DNA of 64,000 nucleotides from an uncultured Maribacter sp. (GTDB taxonomy: Bacteria > Bacteroidota > Bacteroidia > Flavobacteriales > Flavobacteriaceae), in assembly GCA_964614665.1 (NCBI GenBank), contig CAZTLZ010000001.1:563-64562 (forward strand), in the 5' to 3' direction. This document shows positions 1-8,265 of this stretch, piece after piece. Position 1 is the stretch's first letter. The number at the start of each line of letters is the position of its first letter. A program made the position numbers and the translations under genes. A model generated the notes under the pieces. That model was not told where the DNA came from. It searched no databases and saw only the letters and a list, made by a program, of their open reading frames with translations.

Positions 1-150
1 CTGGTGGAACTCTTAAAGGATTTAAAGGATGAAGGAGTTACTATTGTCGGTGATATCGAAGAATATGAATATGGCAAATTCGGATGGATTCTTGACCCAG
101 AGGGTAATAAATTGGAACTTTGGGAGCCGATTGACAAGGCGTTTCTTTAG
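1..150 (+). CDS. VOC/glyoxalase family protein, 3' end only (truncated by window edge)
   Basis: Frame 1 reads LVELLKDLKDEGVTIVGDIEEYEYGKFGWILDPEGNKLELWEPIDKAFL*; the DPEGNKLELW motif is typical of VOC proteins. Confidence 0.85.
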   Translation: MVELLKDLKDEGVTIVGDIEEYEYGKFGWILDPEGNKLELWEPIDKAFL

Positions 151-202
151 TATACGATTATTTGTTACATTTAACACTGTTTAACCACCAAAAACAATCA
201 AT

Positions 203-931
203 ATGTCAGAAGAAAATAACGATTTAGATGATATGGCAGAAGATGCCATGGATAAAGCCAAAGATGGGGCCGAAAATCTTAGCGATAAAGCAGAGGACGC
301 TCTTGATAGCGCAAAAGAAAAAGCAAGCGAATTAGGCGAAAAGGCAAGTGAGAAATTCGATGATGCTAAGGAAGCAACAAAGGAATTTGCGGAAGATGCA
401 AAAGAAAAGGCTAGTGAAATAGGTGAAAAGGTGGGCGAAAAGTTCGATGAGGCCAAAGAGGCTACAAAAGAATTTGCCGAAGATGCAAAAGAAAAAGCGA
501 GCGAAATAGGGGAAAAAGTGAGTGAGAAGTTAGATGATGCCAAAGAAGCCACCAAAGAATTTGCCGAAGACGCTAAAGAAGCAGCTAGCGATTTTGCAGA
601 TGATGCCAAACAAACCGCAAACGAATTTGCTGAAAACGCCAAGGAGGCTTTTAGTGGTGCTGGGGGAGAGAATAAAAAAATGTTGGCTGGCATTCTGGCC
701 ATTATTTTGGGCTCACTAGGTGTGCACAAATTTATTCTAGGCTATCAGAAAGAGGGGTTCATATTGCTTGGTGTTTCAATGGTAGGCTATATCACACTCT
801 GCTTTTTTGTTGGCAGTTTTATCTTAATGGCAACAGGTATAGTTGGACTGATAGAAGGTATCATATATCTGACCAAATCGGATGAGGAATTCTATAACAC
901 ATACCAAGCGGGTAAAAAACCTTGGTTCTAA
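203..931 (+). CDS. TM2 (NINE) domain membrane protein with N-terminal LEA-like charged helical repeats
   Basis: C-terminal KKMLAGILAIILGSLGVHKFILGY TM2 motif plus hydrophobic helices; N-terminal A/K/E/D-rich repeats. Confidence 0.85.
   Translation: MSEENNDLDDMAEDAMDKAKDGAENLSDKAEDALDSAKEKASELGEKASEKFDDAKEATKEFAEDAKEKASEIGEKVGEKFDEAKEATKEFAEDAKEKASEIGEKVSEKLDDAKEATKEFAEDAKEAASDFADDAKQTANEFAENAKEAFSGAGGENKKMLAGILAIILGSLGVHKFILGYQKEGFILLGVSMVGYITLCFFVGSFILMATGIVGLIEGIIYLTKSDEEFYNTYQAGKKPWF
311..571 (+). repeat. Three tandem 87-nt (29-aa) intragenic repeats, followed by partial copies
   Basis: Unit AKEKASE(L/I)GEKxxEK(F/L)D(D/E)AKEATKEFAED starts at 311, 398 and 485; a fourth partial unit starts at 572. 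Confidence 0.9.
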
Positions 932-941
932 ATAAACATTG

Positions 942-972
942 AAAAGCCGGATTTTATCGTTCTGGCTTTTTT
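942..972 (+). terminator. Intrinsic terminator after the TM2 gene
   Basis: AAAAGCCGGA...TCTGGCTTTT stem (one G-U pair) followed by a T run. Confidence 0.75.
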
Positions 973-991
973 ATTAAATTTTATTATCGTA

Positions 992-1003
992 ATATTGCAA
1001 TAT
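992..1003. promoter_or_regulatory. Putative ArsR operator palindrome
   Basis: Perfect 12-bp palindrome ATATTGCAATAT ending 11 nt upstream of the arsR ATG; ArsR-family repressors autoregulate at such sites. Confidence 0.5.
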
Positions 1004-1014
1004 ACAAATACGTT

Positions 1015-1338
1015 ATGGGCATTACCAAAACACAAATATTCAATGATAGGCAAAATCAACTAGCCGTGATTTTCAAGGTTTTGGCGAACCCTGCACGAAT
1101 TGCAATCCTACAATATATAAGTAGTCAAAAGTCGTGTATTTGCAATGATATTGTAGATGAAATCGGGTTGGCGCAACCTACTATTTCTCAGCACTTGAAA
1201 GAATTAAAAAGTATTGATCTAATTGAAGGTGAGATAGAAGGAAAAAAAATCTGCTATTGTATAAATCTAAAAAAGTGGAAGGAAGTACAAGACATTTTGA
1301 ACTCCTTCTTTGATAAAACAAAGTTTAATTGTTGTTAA
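1015..1338 (+). CDS. arsR: ArsR/SmtB family metalloregulatory repressor
   Basis: KVLANPARIAIL, SCICNDIV Cys motif, LAQPTISQHLKELK HTH, C-terminal CC. Confidence 0.9.
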   Translation: MGITKTQIFNDRQNQLAVIFKVLANPARIAILQYISSQKSCICNDIVDEIGLAQPTISQHLKELKSIDLIEGEIEGKKICYCINLKKWKEVQDILNSFFDKTKFNCC

Positions 1339-1349
1339 CAAATTCTATT

Positions 1350-1838
1350 ATGAAAACAAACGAATTTCTAAATCTTTTAAAGGAACACACAAACAAAAGT
1401 TTACTTTTTGAATATAGACCTGGGCATTACGTAGGTGCAAATTATCACATTACGGAAGTTAAAAACATCACCATCGATTCTGTTGACTGTGGTGCTGAAA
1501 CAGATTTCTGGAAAGAAACGATAATTCAATTATGGGAGAGTCCTGATGAGCATAATAAAAGAGTATATCTTTCGACGGATAAGGCGCTTAACATCCTCAA
1601 TCGGGTCGACGGCATTAAACCATTGGAAAGAGAAGTCGAGGTAAAGTTTGAGTATAGCAACCCTGAATTCCATACCGCACAATTGTTTGTCAATGATTTT
1701 GTAATCGACCAAAACAACCTCATCATGAAACTGGCCATTGAAAAAACGGATTGTAAGGCCAGAGAAATATGTGGTGCTCCGGCATTAGTAGACATAAAGG
1801 AAGAAGTTAGTTGCACTCCGGGCGGAGGGTGTTGTTAA
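1350..1838 (+). CDS. DUF6428-like protein of Bacteroidota ars operons
   Basis: YHITEVK...DCG...W motif and C-terminal CTPGGGCC; directly after arsR; ATG at 1350 preferred over the track start. Confidence 0.75.
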   Translation: MKTNEFLNLLKEHTNKSLLFEYRPGHYVGANYHITEVKNITIDSVDCGAETDFWKETIIQLWESPDEHNKRVYLSTDKALNILNRVDGIKPLEREVEVKFEYSNPEFHTAQLFVNDFVIDQNNLIMKLAIEKTDCKAREICGAPALVDIKEEVSCTPGGGCC

Positions 1839-1862
1839 AACCAAGAAGTCAAAACCTGAGTT

Positions 1863-2435
1863 ATGGAAATTATATATGTATTGGCCACCATTTGTCTTTT
1901 GCTATTTATGGTACTTGCTACTTATGATGGCTTTTATTTACATATTTTCAAATATGCTCTTTTCAATCATGAAGAGAGTGTATTTGAACATAAAACCCAT
2001 ACCATCAGGGCTGTGCTATTTCCACTTATCGTTTGGGCTCTTTTTATTAATGAAGTCAACTTTTCCTTGTTTTTGATAGGTCTGGCTTTAGTATTCACAG
2101 ATTTACTGGTTCTAGCAATTGATGCCTATTCGGAAAAAGAAAGTCGAAGTTTTATGGGTGGACTGCCTAAATGGGAATACATCATACATCTTTTTTCAAA
2201 CGCTTTTCATTTTTCTACAATTACCCTAGTTTTAGCCCTCAAGATAAAAATCACGAATACGGGTTTGATATTCGTTAATGATTTTGGCTACTCCCAAGCT
2301 AGAGGGTTATTTACTTTTGTTAGCGTCAATATAATACCTGGTGCTATTATACTTGCGGCTTTGCATTTTGTACTACTACTTAAAGGACCTCAAACCGTTT
2401 GGAATACCTATCGAACCAAAATCACGTGCTGCTGA
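1863..2435 (+). CDS. Hypothetical multi-pass membrane protein with C-terminal CC
   Basis: 190-aa ORF, about 5 hydrophobic segments, EH..HT and EY..H motifs, ends KITCC; 1 nt gap to the next gene. Confidence 0.75.
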   Translation: MEIIYVLATICLLLFMVLATYDGFYLHIFKYALFNHEESVFEHKTHTIRAVLFPLIVWALFINEVNFSLFLIGLALVFTDLLVLAIDAYSEKESRSFMGGLPKWEYIIHLFSNAFHFSTITLVLALKIKITNTGLIFVNDFGYSQARGLFTFVSVNIIPGAIILAALHFVLLLKGPQTVWNTYRTKITCC

Positions 2436-2436
2436 A

Positions 2437-2943
2437 ATGAAAGAATCGAGCCCCATTTCCATTAGGCCTATGGAAACCACTGATTGGCCATCGGTTTCAA
2501 GAATATACGAGGAAGGTATTGCAACTGGCTTTGCTACTTTCGAAACTACAATTCCAAGTTATGAATCATGGAATGCCGCGCATATGAACTCATGTCGAAT
2601 TGTGGCACTTGACAATGAAAAGATATTAGGCTGGGCAGCATTATCACCGGTATCAAGCCGTTGTGTTTATGGTGGCATCGGTGAAGTAAGTGTCTACGTA
2701 GGGAAAGATAGTCGGGGCAAAGGGGCCGGTCAACTTTTGATAAAAGCTTTGATAAAAGAAAGCGAAGCAGAAGGGCTATGGACACTACAATCTGGTATTT
2801 TTCCCGAAAACGAAGGTAGTGTGGAGTTGCATAAAAAATTAGGTTTTCGGTATATTGGAAAACGGGAACGTGTTGGCAAACTACATGGCGTTTGGAAAGA
2901 CAATCTCCTTTTTGAAAGACGAAGTGAAATAGTTGGCATCTAA
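2437..2943 (+). CDS. GNAT N-acetyltransferase, phosphinothricin/arsinothricin (Pat/ArsN1-like)
   Basis: IYEEGIATGFATFET, SRCVYGGIGEVSVYV, RGKGAG acetyl-CoA motif, N..S..LHKKLGF, GVWKD; ATG at 2437. Confidence 0.85.
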   Translation: MKESSPISIRPMETTDWPSVSRIYEEGIATGFATFETTIPSYESWNAAHMNSCRIVALDNEKILGWAALSPVSSRCVYGGIGEVSVYVGKDSRGKGAGQLLIKALIKESEAEGLWTLQSGIFPENEGSVELHKKLGFRYIGKRERVGKLHGVWKDNLLFERRSEIVGI

Positions 2944-2960
2944 AAAACTGTGAATATAAA

Positions 2961-3336
2961 TCCGGTTTTTCCATGGCCGTTAATACCCTGCAAAACAAGG
3001 GCTTCGAAATTGAAAAATTATCAGAAACAAACAATCCTGTTTACTGTATAAAGTACGCCGTCAACGCATCTCCGATAATAGATTTTTCTAAGACTTTTGA
3101 AATTCATTTAATCCCAAAAGCAAATTTGGAGCGATAATGACGCGTTAATCTGCGGATGCGTGATGCTGGGATGTCCATTTGTAGGTGGCTCAGATGGAGG
3201 TTTCCCGATTACTTTTGAAGATTCCAAAGCTTTCGACAACACACTTCTGCAAAAAGAAAAATACCATGAGTGAAATCTTGAGATTGCAACGAATCTCTTT
3301 TATATAATGCAAACTGTCATATCTAGTCTACAATAA
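2961..3336 (+). pseudogene. arsC: Degraded arsenate reductase (LMW-PTP-type ArsC) remnant, 5' part deleted
   Basis: Three frames give NNPVYCIKY..PIIDFSKTF, FNPKSKFGAIMTR*SADA and GCPFVGG..PITFEDSKAFDNT..EKYHE*NLEIAT; at least 2 frameshifts and 2 in-frame stops; N-terminal P-loop absent. Confidence 0.75.
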
Positions 3337-4348
3337 CTTCTTCTTCATAATCTAAAGGTAGTAAATCACTGATTCTCAAAGAGGCCATATAACCCTCAAA
3401 TTTTAGCTGATAATATGGCATGTAGCTCCCATATTGATCTATACTTATGGTACTTCCCGATATAATATGTAATGTAGACCAATAATTAAATAACCCTTTT
3501 TTGTATTTGATACGCATAGTTTTTCTGGCGAAAGTTATCTTCTTAGTAAAAAGAAACGAACCTAATGATACACTTATGATATCTAAAACTTTCGCTTTTT
3601 TAGAATTCACTCTAAATTCAAATGTTTCATCGGCCCAATTTTGATTCCATAATGTGCGTATAAAATGTTGAATAGATCCCTGATAGGCCGAATTGCGCCG
3701 AAGCACATACTTTGATTCTTTTTTTCCCAAATCCTCAAAAAGGCAATGACCAATTATTGTAGTAGTTTCAATATTATCATCCCTTTCAAGACTCTTTGTT
3801 TTGAATCTAACCTTAAACTCTTTTAGGTCAAACCTTAGCTTATAGCCCAAATACCCACTCCGTACCATAATGGGCTCTTCAGCGTATGCTTCAAGCGTGT
3901 TTGTACTTGAATTGAAATACAATTTAATACTATCTTCATTTTCGATAGTACATTGCTCAGATGAGACGTTATCACCTAGAAATTCCTGTCTGAATAATTC
4001 AAGTTTCTGCCTTCGACTAAAGGGGTCGGAAACCACAATAACCTCCGGCACTTCAAAAAACTCTTCATGTAATTCAATACCGAGGTTTCGTCGTAAATCT
4101 TCAAATCTAATGGTCTTTACAAGATAGCCTATATGACTTATTACCAAATTTGTATTGGACATAAATTTGGGGTCAATTGAAAAATAGCCTTGTGTATTGG
4201 TTATTGTTCCTATAGATGTATTTGCGAAGTATACCGAAGCTCCAGAAAGATTTTTTCCAGTTTTAGCGTCATAAACCACTCCTGAAATTGCTTGAGAAAG
4301 CAAAGACTGAAAGCACAAAAAAGTAATAAGTGTTATTAGATACTTCAT
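3323..4348 (-). CDS. Secreted protein with carboxypeptidase-regulatory-like (CarboxypepD_reg) domain
   Basis: Signal peptide, then ISGVVYDAKTGKNLSGASVYF..GTITNTQGYF..LVISHIGY. Confidence 0.8.
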   Translation of the reverse strand: MKYLITLITFLCFQSLLSQAISGVVYDAKTGKNLSGASVYFANTSIGTITNTQGYFSIDPKFMSNTNLVISHIGYLVKTIRFEDLRRNLGIELHEEFFEVPEVIVVSDPFSRRQKLELFRQEFLGDNVSSEQCTIENEDSIKLYFNSSTNTLEAYAEEPIMVRSGYLGYKLRFDLKEFKVRFKTKSLERDDNIETTTIIGHCLFEDLGKKESKYVLRRNSAYQGSIQHFIRTLWNQNWADETFEFRVNSKKAKVLDIISVSLGSFLFTKKITFARKTMRIKYKKGLFNYWSTLHIISGSTISIDQYGSYMPYYQLKFEGYMASLRISDLLPLDYEEEVIVD

Positions 4349-4380
4349 TGTAAGGCGTTTACATTAAAGATAGTTGATTT

Positions 4381-6195
4381 TTACGTCCCGTTCTGATAAG
4401 CTTCGGCAAACTTACGTTCCAATTCGGCTTGAAACTCTTCCATAACTGGTTTAACGGTACTTTCAGGTAGGTCAGAAATTTTGATATACATTAACCCATC
4501 CACCGAATTATTAAATAAGGGATCCACATTAAAGGCGATAACCTTTGCGTTTTGTTTGATATATTTTTTAATCAACACCGGCAGTCGCAGGCTACCTGGT
4601 TCAACTTCATCAATAAGTTTGTCGAACTTGTTTAGATCCGCCTGTGTTTCATCAAAAATAAATTCTTTATCAGCATCCTTGAGTTTCACCTTAAATTCCT
4701 TTTTCGGCCTAATATACTGGGCGATGTATGGATCCCAATAGTTACTTTTCATAAACTCGATCATTAAAGACTTCGAGAAGTTTGAAAACTGATTACTAAT
4801 ACTTACCCCTCCTATTAAATATTTATGTTCGGGGTGTCTGAGTGTCGTATGCACAATACCTTTCCACAACAAAAATAACGGCATTGGTTTTTGCTGATAT
4901 TCTTTGATGATATATGCCCTTCCCATCTCGATAGATTCACTCATCATACCAAAAAGCTCAGGTTCAAATCGAAATAAATCCTGTAGATAAAATCCGTCTA
5001 TACCATATTTGGCAAAAATCTCTGATCCTAATCCCATTCGATAAGCACCAGCGATGACTTTCGCCTCGTTATCCCATAGAAACATATGGTGATAGTACTC
5101 ATCAAATCTGTCAATATCAGTAGAATTATTGGTGCCTTCACCAATAGCACGAAAAGTAACTTCTCTTTGACGTCCAATTTCCTTTAGAGTAAATGGCATC
5201 TCCTTGGCTGGAGCTAAAAAGACTTCATAATTCTTACTTTGAAGTAGCCTTCTATCCTTCTCGGTCAATTTTTCGATTTCACCCTCAATAACTTCAGTAC
5301 GAACAGCTGAAGCAATTTTTTTTGGTGCTTTTGGCAACTTTATGGATGACGGTATCTGGTCAATCAAACGTTCTTTGGCATAAGCATTGGCAAGAATATA
5401 GGTCTTCTTACGTAACAGATCAGTAAAATCTTCTAACGTTTCCTGCTCTTGTTGTGTTTTGACTGAAATAGGATGCCCTATTCTTATTTTAATAGGCCTA
5501 TTTCTTTGCGAATATACCTCCGACGGAATTTTAGCCGTTCGAAAAACACCACTGATCTTGGCCAAACGATAAAACAGTTTACTATTTTTTGCATGAAAAT
5601 AAATAGGAACTACAGGTACTTCTGCTTTACGAATCAACTTCAACGCCGCTTCCTCCCAAGGTTTATCAACCAAAAGTTTTCCGTCTTTACTAGTAGAGAC
5701 TTCCCCAGCCGGGAAAATCCCCAATGGATGTCCATTTTTTAGATGAGACAATGCGCTCTTGAATCCGGCAATACTACTTTTAACATCCTTGCGATCTTCA
5801 AAAGGATTCACAGGGACGATATATGGTTTTAAAGGAACCATACGCTGCAAAAGAAAATTGGCCATAATTTTGTAGTCAGGCCGTTTTTCAACCATTAATT
5901 TATAAAGCAAAATACCATCAATGGCCCCTAAAGGATGATTCGATATCGTAATATATGGGCCTTCTTTTGGAAGTCTTTTGAAATCCTCCTCTGGAATTTC
6001 ATAGTCAATCTCATAGTGTTTTAGAATGGCTTCAGCATAGTCTTCACCTTCCAGATTGCTAATTGTATCGTAGAACGAATTGATGCTGGAAATTCTTGTG
6101 ACCTTCATCAAAAACCAACCAATAAAAGTACCTAGAAAGCCATATTTATCAAGACCGATGGCTTTGGCTATTTCTTTGGCGGTCACTAAGCCCAT
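4381..6195 (-). CDS. Bifunctional amino-lipid acyltransferase, OlsF-like (PlsC-type O-acyltransferase plus GNAT N-acyltransferase)
   Basis: N-terminal NHPLGAIDG and FPAGEVS acyltransferase motifs; C-terminal EIGRQREVTFR..GEG..DIDRFD..Y.H..GAYR Acetyltransf_5-like domain. Confidence 0.75.
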   Translation of the reverse strand: MGLVTAKEIAKAIGLDKYGFLGTFIGWFLMKVTRISSINSFYDTISNLEGEDYAEAILKHYEIDYEIPEEDFKRLPKEGPYITISNHPLGAIDGILLYKLMVEKRPDYKIMANFLLQRMVPLKPYIVPVNPFEDRKDVKSSIAGFKSALSHLKNGHPLGIFPAGEVSTSKDGKLLVDKPWEEAALKLIRKAEVPVVPIYFHAKNSKLFYRLAKISGVFRTAKIPSEVYSQRNRPIKIRIGHPISVKTQQEQETLEDFTDLLRKKTYILANAYAKERLIDQIPSSIKLPKAPKKIASAVRTEVIEGEIEKLTEKDRRLLQSKNYEVFLAPAKEMPFTLKEIGRQREVTFRAIGEGTNNSTDIDRFDEYYHHMFLWDNEAKVIAGAYRMGLGSEIFAKYGIDGFYLQDLFRFEPELFGMMSESIEMGRAYIIKEYQQKPMPLFLLWKGIVHTTLRHPEHKYLIGGVSISNQFSNFSKSLMIEFMKSNYWDPYIAQYIRPKKEFKVKLKDADKEFIFDETQADLNKFDKLIDEVEPGSLRLPVLIKKYIKQNAKVIAFNVDPLFNNSVDGLMYIKISDLPESTVKPVMEEFQAELERKFAEAYQNGT

Positions 6196-6313
6196 TCATT
6201 CGTGTTTTTAGGTAATGGTAAATATAGGAAAATCCCAAGTTGAGGGAGGTATTTTAACACTTCAAAAGACAACTGAAAATCAGATTAGTTGCACTACGAA
6301 AGAATGAAATCAC

Positions 6314-7564
6314 TTAGTTTATAACCAATTGAATTGTTTCAATTCCCCTTTGCTCAAGTAATACTTCGTGACCATTTACAAGTGAATCAATAGCATTGGA
6401 GTCGAAATGACGAACGGTGTAAAGGGACACTCCTTCGTGACAGGTTACCTTAAATCTACTTTTCAAAAGATTCAGAAGCTCTTCAAGTCTGCCAAATTTA
6501 TTGTCAACACAGACGGAAAAGCTAATCGCAGAATTCTGAATTAAATCGACTTTCATTTTATATTCATGAAACAACTTGAAAAGTTCACTGATACTGTCCT
6601 CCACTATAAAGGAAAAATCAAGTGAAGATAACTTCATCAATACTTGGTCCTTTTTAATAATATAGCAAGGTATTTTGGGTTCAATTCCAATTCCTTTACC
6701 CACTGTAGTTCCTGAATCTTTAGGATTCAAGAATGATTTTACGTGCAAGGGAATTTCCTTTCCTTGAAGTGGTTGAAGTGTTTTAGGGTGAATAACGGAA
6801 GCACCATAAAATGCTAATTCGATTGCCTCACGATAGGATATTTTATTCAAAAGTTGGGTTTCTTTGAAGTGCCGTGGATCGGCATTTAAAACACCCGGTA
6901 CATCTTTCCAAATTGTAACAGAACTTGCATTTAAACAGTAGGCCAATATCGCTGCGGTATAATCGGAGCCTTCCCTGCCCAACGTTGTCGTGAAGTTGTT
7001 ATCATCGCTTCCTAGAAAACCCTGAGTAATATTCAGTATTTTTCGGTCAATTCCTTCGGCGATTCTTTTTTGGGTTTTTTCCCAATTGATTTTTGGATCT
7101 CTATAGCTATTATTTGTTTTTATAAAACTCCGAACATCTATCCAATTGTTTTGAATTTTGATTTCGTTCAAATAAGCGCTGACAATAGTTGTAGATGCCA
7201 ACTCCCCATAGCCAACTACCTGGTCATATACAAAGTTGTAGTTGGGTGATTTGTTCCATACCAAAAAACCTTGCACTTCATCAAAAAGCACTTTTAACTT
7301 CCTAAAAACGGGATGTCTCTCATTTTTGAAAAGCACATTTACAATGCCCGTGTGGTAATCTATCACTTCTTGTATTGCAGAAGGTAAAGCCCCTTTATCA
7401 TCAAAATACGCGTCGACAATTGCCTCCATAGCATTGGTAGTCTTACCCATTGCAGAGACAACGACTAAGGTGTTTTCATGACCCACCTCTCGTAAAACCT
7501 GAGCTACATTTTTGACAGCCTCAGCATCTCTAACTGATGCCCCACCGAACTTAAATACGCGCAT
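6314..7564 (-). CDS. lysC: Aspartate kinase
   Basis: KFGGASV, VVSAMG, TTLGREGSDYTA, WKDVPGV..ADPR, C-terminal ACT domains. Confidence 0.92.
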   Translation of the reverse strand: MRVFKFGGASVRDAEAVKNVAQVLREVGHENTLVVVSAMGKTTNAMEAIVDAYFDDKGALPSAIQEVIDYHTGIVNVLFKNERHPVFRKLKVLFDEVQGFLVWNKSPNYNFVYDQVVGYGELASTTIVSAYLNEIKIQNNWIDVRSFIKTNNSYRDPKINWEKTQKRIAEGIDRKILNITQGFLGSDDNNFTTTLGREGSDYTAAILAYCLNASSVTIWKDVPGVLNADPRHFKETQLLNKISYREAIELAFYGASVIHPKTLQPLQGKEIPLHVKSFLNPKDSGTTVGKGIGIEPKIPCYIIKKDQVLMKLSSLDFSFIVEDSISELFKLFHEYKMKVDLIQNSAISFSVCVDNKFGRLEELLNLLKSRFKVTCHEGVSLYTVRHFDSNAIDSLVNGHEVLLEQRGIETIQLVIN

Positions 7565-7582
7565 AAATCAATTTTATTTATT

Positions 7583-7627
7583 GTCGTTCCCGCAAACCTG
7601 TCTGGCTACATACAAGAGCGAGGATCT
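7583..7627. repeat. Possible degenerate intergenic palindromic (REP-like) element
   Basis: GTCGTTCCCGC...GCGAGGATCT resembles GTCATTCCCGC..GCGGGAATCT-type short palindromes; single imperfect copy. Confidence 0.3.
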
Positions 7628-7667
7628 ATATATTCACTGATACCTTCATTTTCAAAAAAGTCCAATC

Positions 7668-8153
7668 TCATTCTTTGATATTCTCCAAATAACTTTTAAT
7701 TCCTTTTTCATCAAGTTGAACCACATCCCAATCGCGCATCACCCGTGCACCTTTACTTTCATAAAATTCAATAGCAGGTTCATTCCAATCTATAACCTCC
7801 CAGTTAATGCGCTTCACTCCCAAACGGTTACCATATTTCACTACTTCATTTAGCAATGCGGTTCCTAGCCCACTGCCCCTCATCCTTTCAGTAACAATTA
7901 AATCTTCCAAATGGATAATGGCGCCTTTCCAGGTAGAATATCTGGGGTAAACCAAAGCCATTCCGACAATTAAGTCATCTGATTCTGCCACAAAACAATG
8001 AAACAATTTACGTTTGCCAAATCCATCATTAATTAAGTCCTTTTCAGTTACATCAACAGCATTCTCCTCTTTTTCAAAAGAAGCTAATTCTTTTACAAGT
8101 CGCAATACTTGAGACATATCTTCGACCTGTGCTTCACGAATAGTATATTTCAT
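7668..8153 (-). CDS. GNAT N-acetyltransferase (spermidine/spermine N1-acetyltransferase-like)
   Basis: LVKELASFEK, YSTWKG..IHLEDLIV..RGSGLG, W.V.DWNEPAIEFY. Confidence 0.85.
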   Translation of the reverse strand: MKYTIREAQVEDMSQVLRLVKELASFEKEENAVDVTEKDLINDGFGKRKLFHCFVAESDDLIVGMALVYPRYSTWKGAIIHLEDLIVTERMRGSGLGTALLNEVVKYGNRLGVKRINWEVIDWNEPAIEFYESKGARVMRDWDVVQLDEKGIKSYLENIKE

Positions 8154-8265
8154 AATTGTTACAAATAAAACACAAAGTTATAAATTTAAACAATGTATTG
8201 GAGCGTAAATCGTTATAGTTTCACAAAATCGGCGATATTTGTGGTCAAATACATCAACAACTGCA

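Noticed and set aside
311-640. Regular 87-nt periodicity that could look like a CRISPR array
   Set aside because: The repeats are contiguous, in-frame coding units with synonymous variation and no unique spacers; no cas genes in the window.
181-729. 182-aa minus-strand ORF rich in S/A/F/L
   Set aside because: Antisense shadow of the repetitive TM2 gene; no independent motif.
2546-3034. 162-aa minus-strand ORF over the GNAT gene
   Set aside because: Antisense to a well-supported gene, with no recognisable motif.
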